Below, in pieces: positions 42,905 through 43,688 of a DNA stretch of 43,688 bases (positions are counted from its first letter, which is position 1; each line of letters opens with the position of its first letter). The DNA comes from Alphaproteobacteria bacterium. GTDB lineage: Bacteria > Pseudomonadota > Alphaproteobacteria > UBA9219. Below the pieces are notes generated by a model. That model was not told the DNA's origin. It did no database searches and saw only the letters and a list, made by a program, of their open reading frames with translations. The stretch spans positions 1 through 43,688 of the forward strand of contig JBAVWC010000001.1 of NCBI GenBank assembly GCA_049697595.1. Direction: 5' to 3'. The position numbers and the translations under genes were made by a program.

Positions 42905-43688
42905 TTACGCCACAGCGGAGAGGATCGACATAGCGTTCTTCTTCTTATCGTCGCTCTGGTTGATCGCGTTGAGGGCTGAGGTGGCGGCGTTGCCTGCTCC
43001 GCTGTTCATTTGGCCGAGGAGCATCGCGCTGAACATCGTCGAGGAGCTGGCGAGGGTTATATTGCCCAAATTCGCCGTGCCCGTTGCGGCGGCGAGGTTC
43101 GCCGATGACACCGACGAGCCATACAGGTTGGGCATATTGATCTGAATGGGTGTATTGGCTGCAACATTATAAGAAGCTGCGGTGGGGGCTGGCGATGTGG
43201 CCTTGGCGATCTGTACCGTGCCGTTGCCGAATTTCTGGGCGAAATGCTGATAGATTTGCTGAACGGTGCGGGGCTCGCCGGATTTGTCGTAGAAGACTGA
43301 CGGGTTGGCGGCGGCGGCTTCGGGAAGGACTGAGGCTCCAGTCGCGGTGGGATCGCTGCGCATTGTGTTGATGAAATCGCTAGCACCTCCCGCGCCGAGA
43401 AAATGCGCGAGATAAAGTTCCGTGCCGCCGATTTTGCCGCCGACATTCTGCTTCAGCGAAAGTGCGTTTTGCTTGTCGAGTTCGCAGGCCATTACGGCGG
43501 AACATTGGGGGTCGTTGCGGAGAGCCAAAATCGCCTGCTTGGCTGCGGGGTCGGAAACGGTCATATGGCCGTTGGCATCGGTGGTGATTTGCGAGGCATA
43601 GTTGCCGAGGCCATATTGAGCGCCGTACTGCTTGACCATATGCAGCCAGGTTTGTTTGGTGAACTGGAACAGGCCGCTGGCGCTGCTG
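42905..43688 (-). CDS. SLT-domain lytic transglycosylase; N-terminus lies outside the window
   Basis: The frame is open to the window edge (SSASGLFQFTKQTWLHMVKQYG...). The GLFQF..TW motif and ELYLAHFLGAGGA are typical of this alphaproteobacterial SLT family. Low-complexity C-terminus. Confidence 0.7.
   Translation of the reverse strand, partial: SSASGLFQFTKQTWLHMVKQYGAQYGLGNYASQITTDANGHMTVSDPAAKQAILALRNDPQCSAVMACELDKQNALSLKQNVGGKIGGTELYLAHFLGAGGASDFINTMRSDPTATGASVLPEAAAANPSVFYDKSGEPRTVQQIYQHFAQKFGNGTVQIAKATSPAPTAASYNVAANTPIQINMPNLYGSSVSSANLAAATGTANLGNITLASSSTMFSAMLLGQMNSGAGNAATSALNAINQSDDKKKNAMSILSAVA

Noticed and set aside
1-43688. CRISPR arrays, rRNA genes, intact IS elements or transposases, and a complete multi-gene defence system
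   Set aside because: I saw no regularly spaced identical repeats, no rRNA-like sequence and no transposase-like ORF. The only mobile-element proteins (integrase, nuclease-helicase) are truncated fragments.

Overview
This is an alphaproteobacterial-type chromosomal segment. The FlbD and SciP-like regulators, a CtrA-type box and the gene order support that placement, but the taxonomic call is only an inference. Contents in order:

1. 1-529: a brnT/brnA-like toxin-antitoxin pair, with the toxin cut by the window edge.
2. About 1.9-14.9 kb: a polar-flagellum basal-body and export cluster. fliF-fliG-fliH-fliN-flbD-flhA-flhF-flhG plus a fliK-like gene lie on the + strand. fliI-fliJ converge on them from the - strand.
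3. A GT39 (ArnT/PMT-like) membrane glycosyltransferase divergent from fliI, then a 637-aa orphan protein and a GH13 alpha-glucosidase.
4. guaA, tRNA-Ser(CGA), and a decayed integrative remnant made of a 5'-truncated tyrosine integrase abutting a doubly truncated nuclease-helicase.
5. A compact SAM, polyamine and methionine-salvage supercluster. metK, mtnA, mtnK, mtnC, mtnD, mtnB, an mtnN-like gene and rplS lie on the - strand. speH-speE diverge from them behind a long leader.
6. A small 4-TM membrane-protein gene split by an AT-rich cassette.
7. A two-module AAA+-like protein in which both Walker A lysines are replaced.
8. argG, three tandem micro-ORFs encoding signal-peptide-like peptides, a GT2 polyprenyl-phosphate glycosyltransferase and tRNA-Arg(ACG).
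9. A SciP/DUF1153-like regulator, RNase J, a small orphan gene and a partial SLT-type lytic transglycosylase.

A C-rich palindromic repeat family occurs at least 5 times. One inverted pair sits exactly in the fliI stop / fliJ start overlap and is flanked by an 11-bp duplication.

I did not find a convincing complete novel multi-gene system such as a defence system. The best leads for follow-up are the degenerate AAA+ protein, the cassette-split membrane gene, the micro-ORF array, the speH leader and the 637-aa orphan. All calls were made by eye from the sequence and the ORF track. No searches were run.
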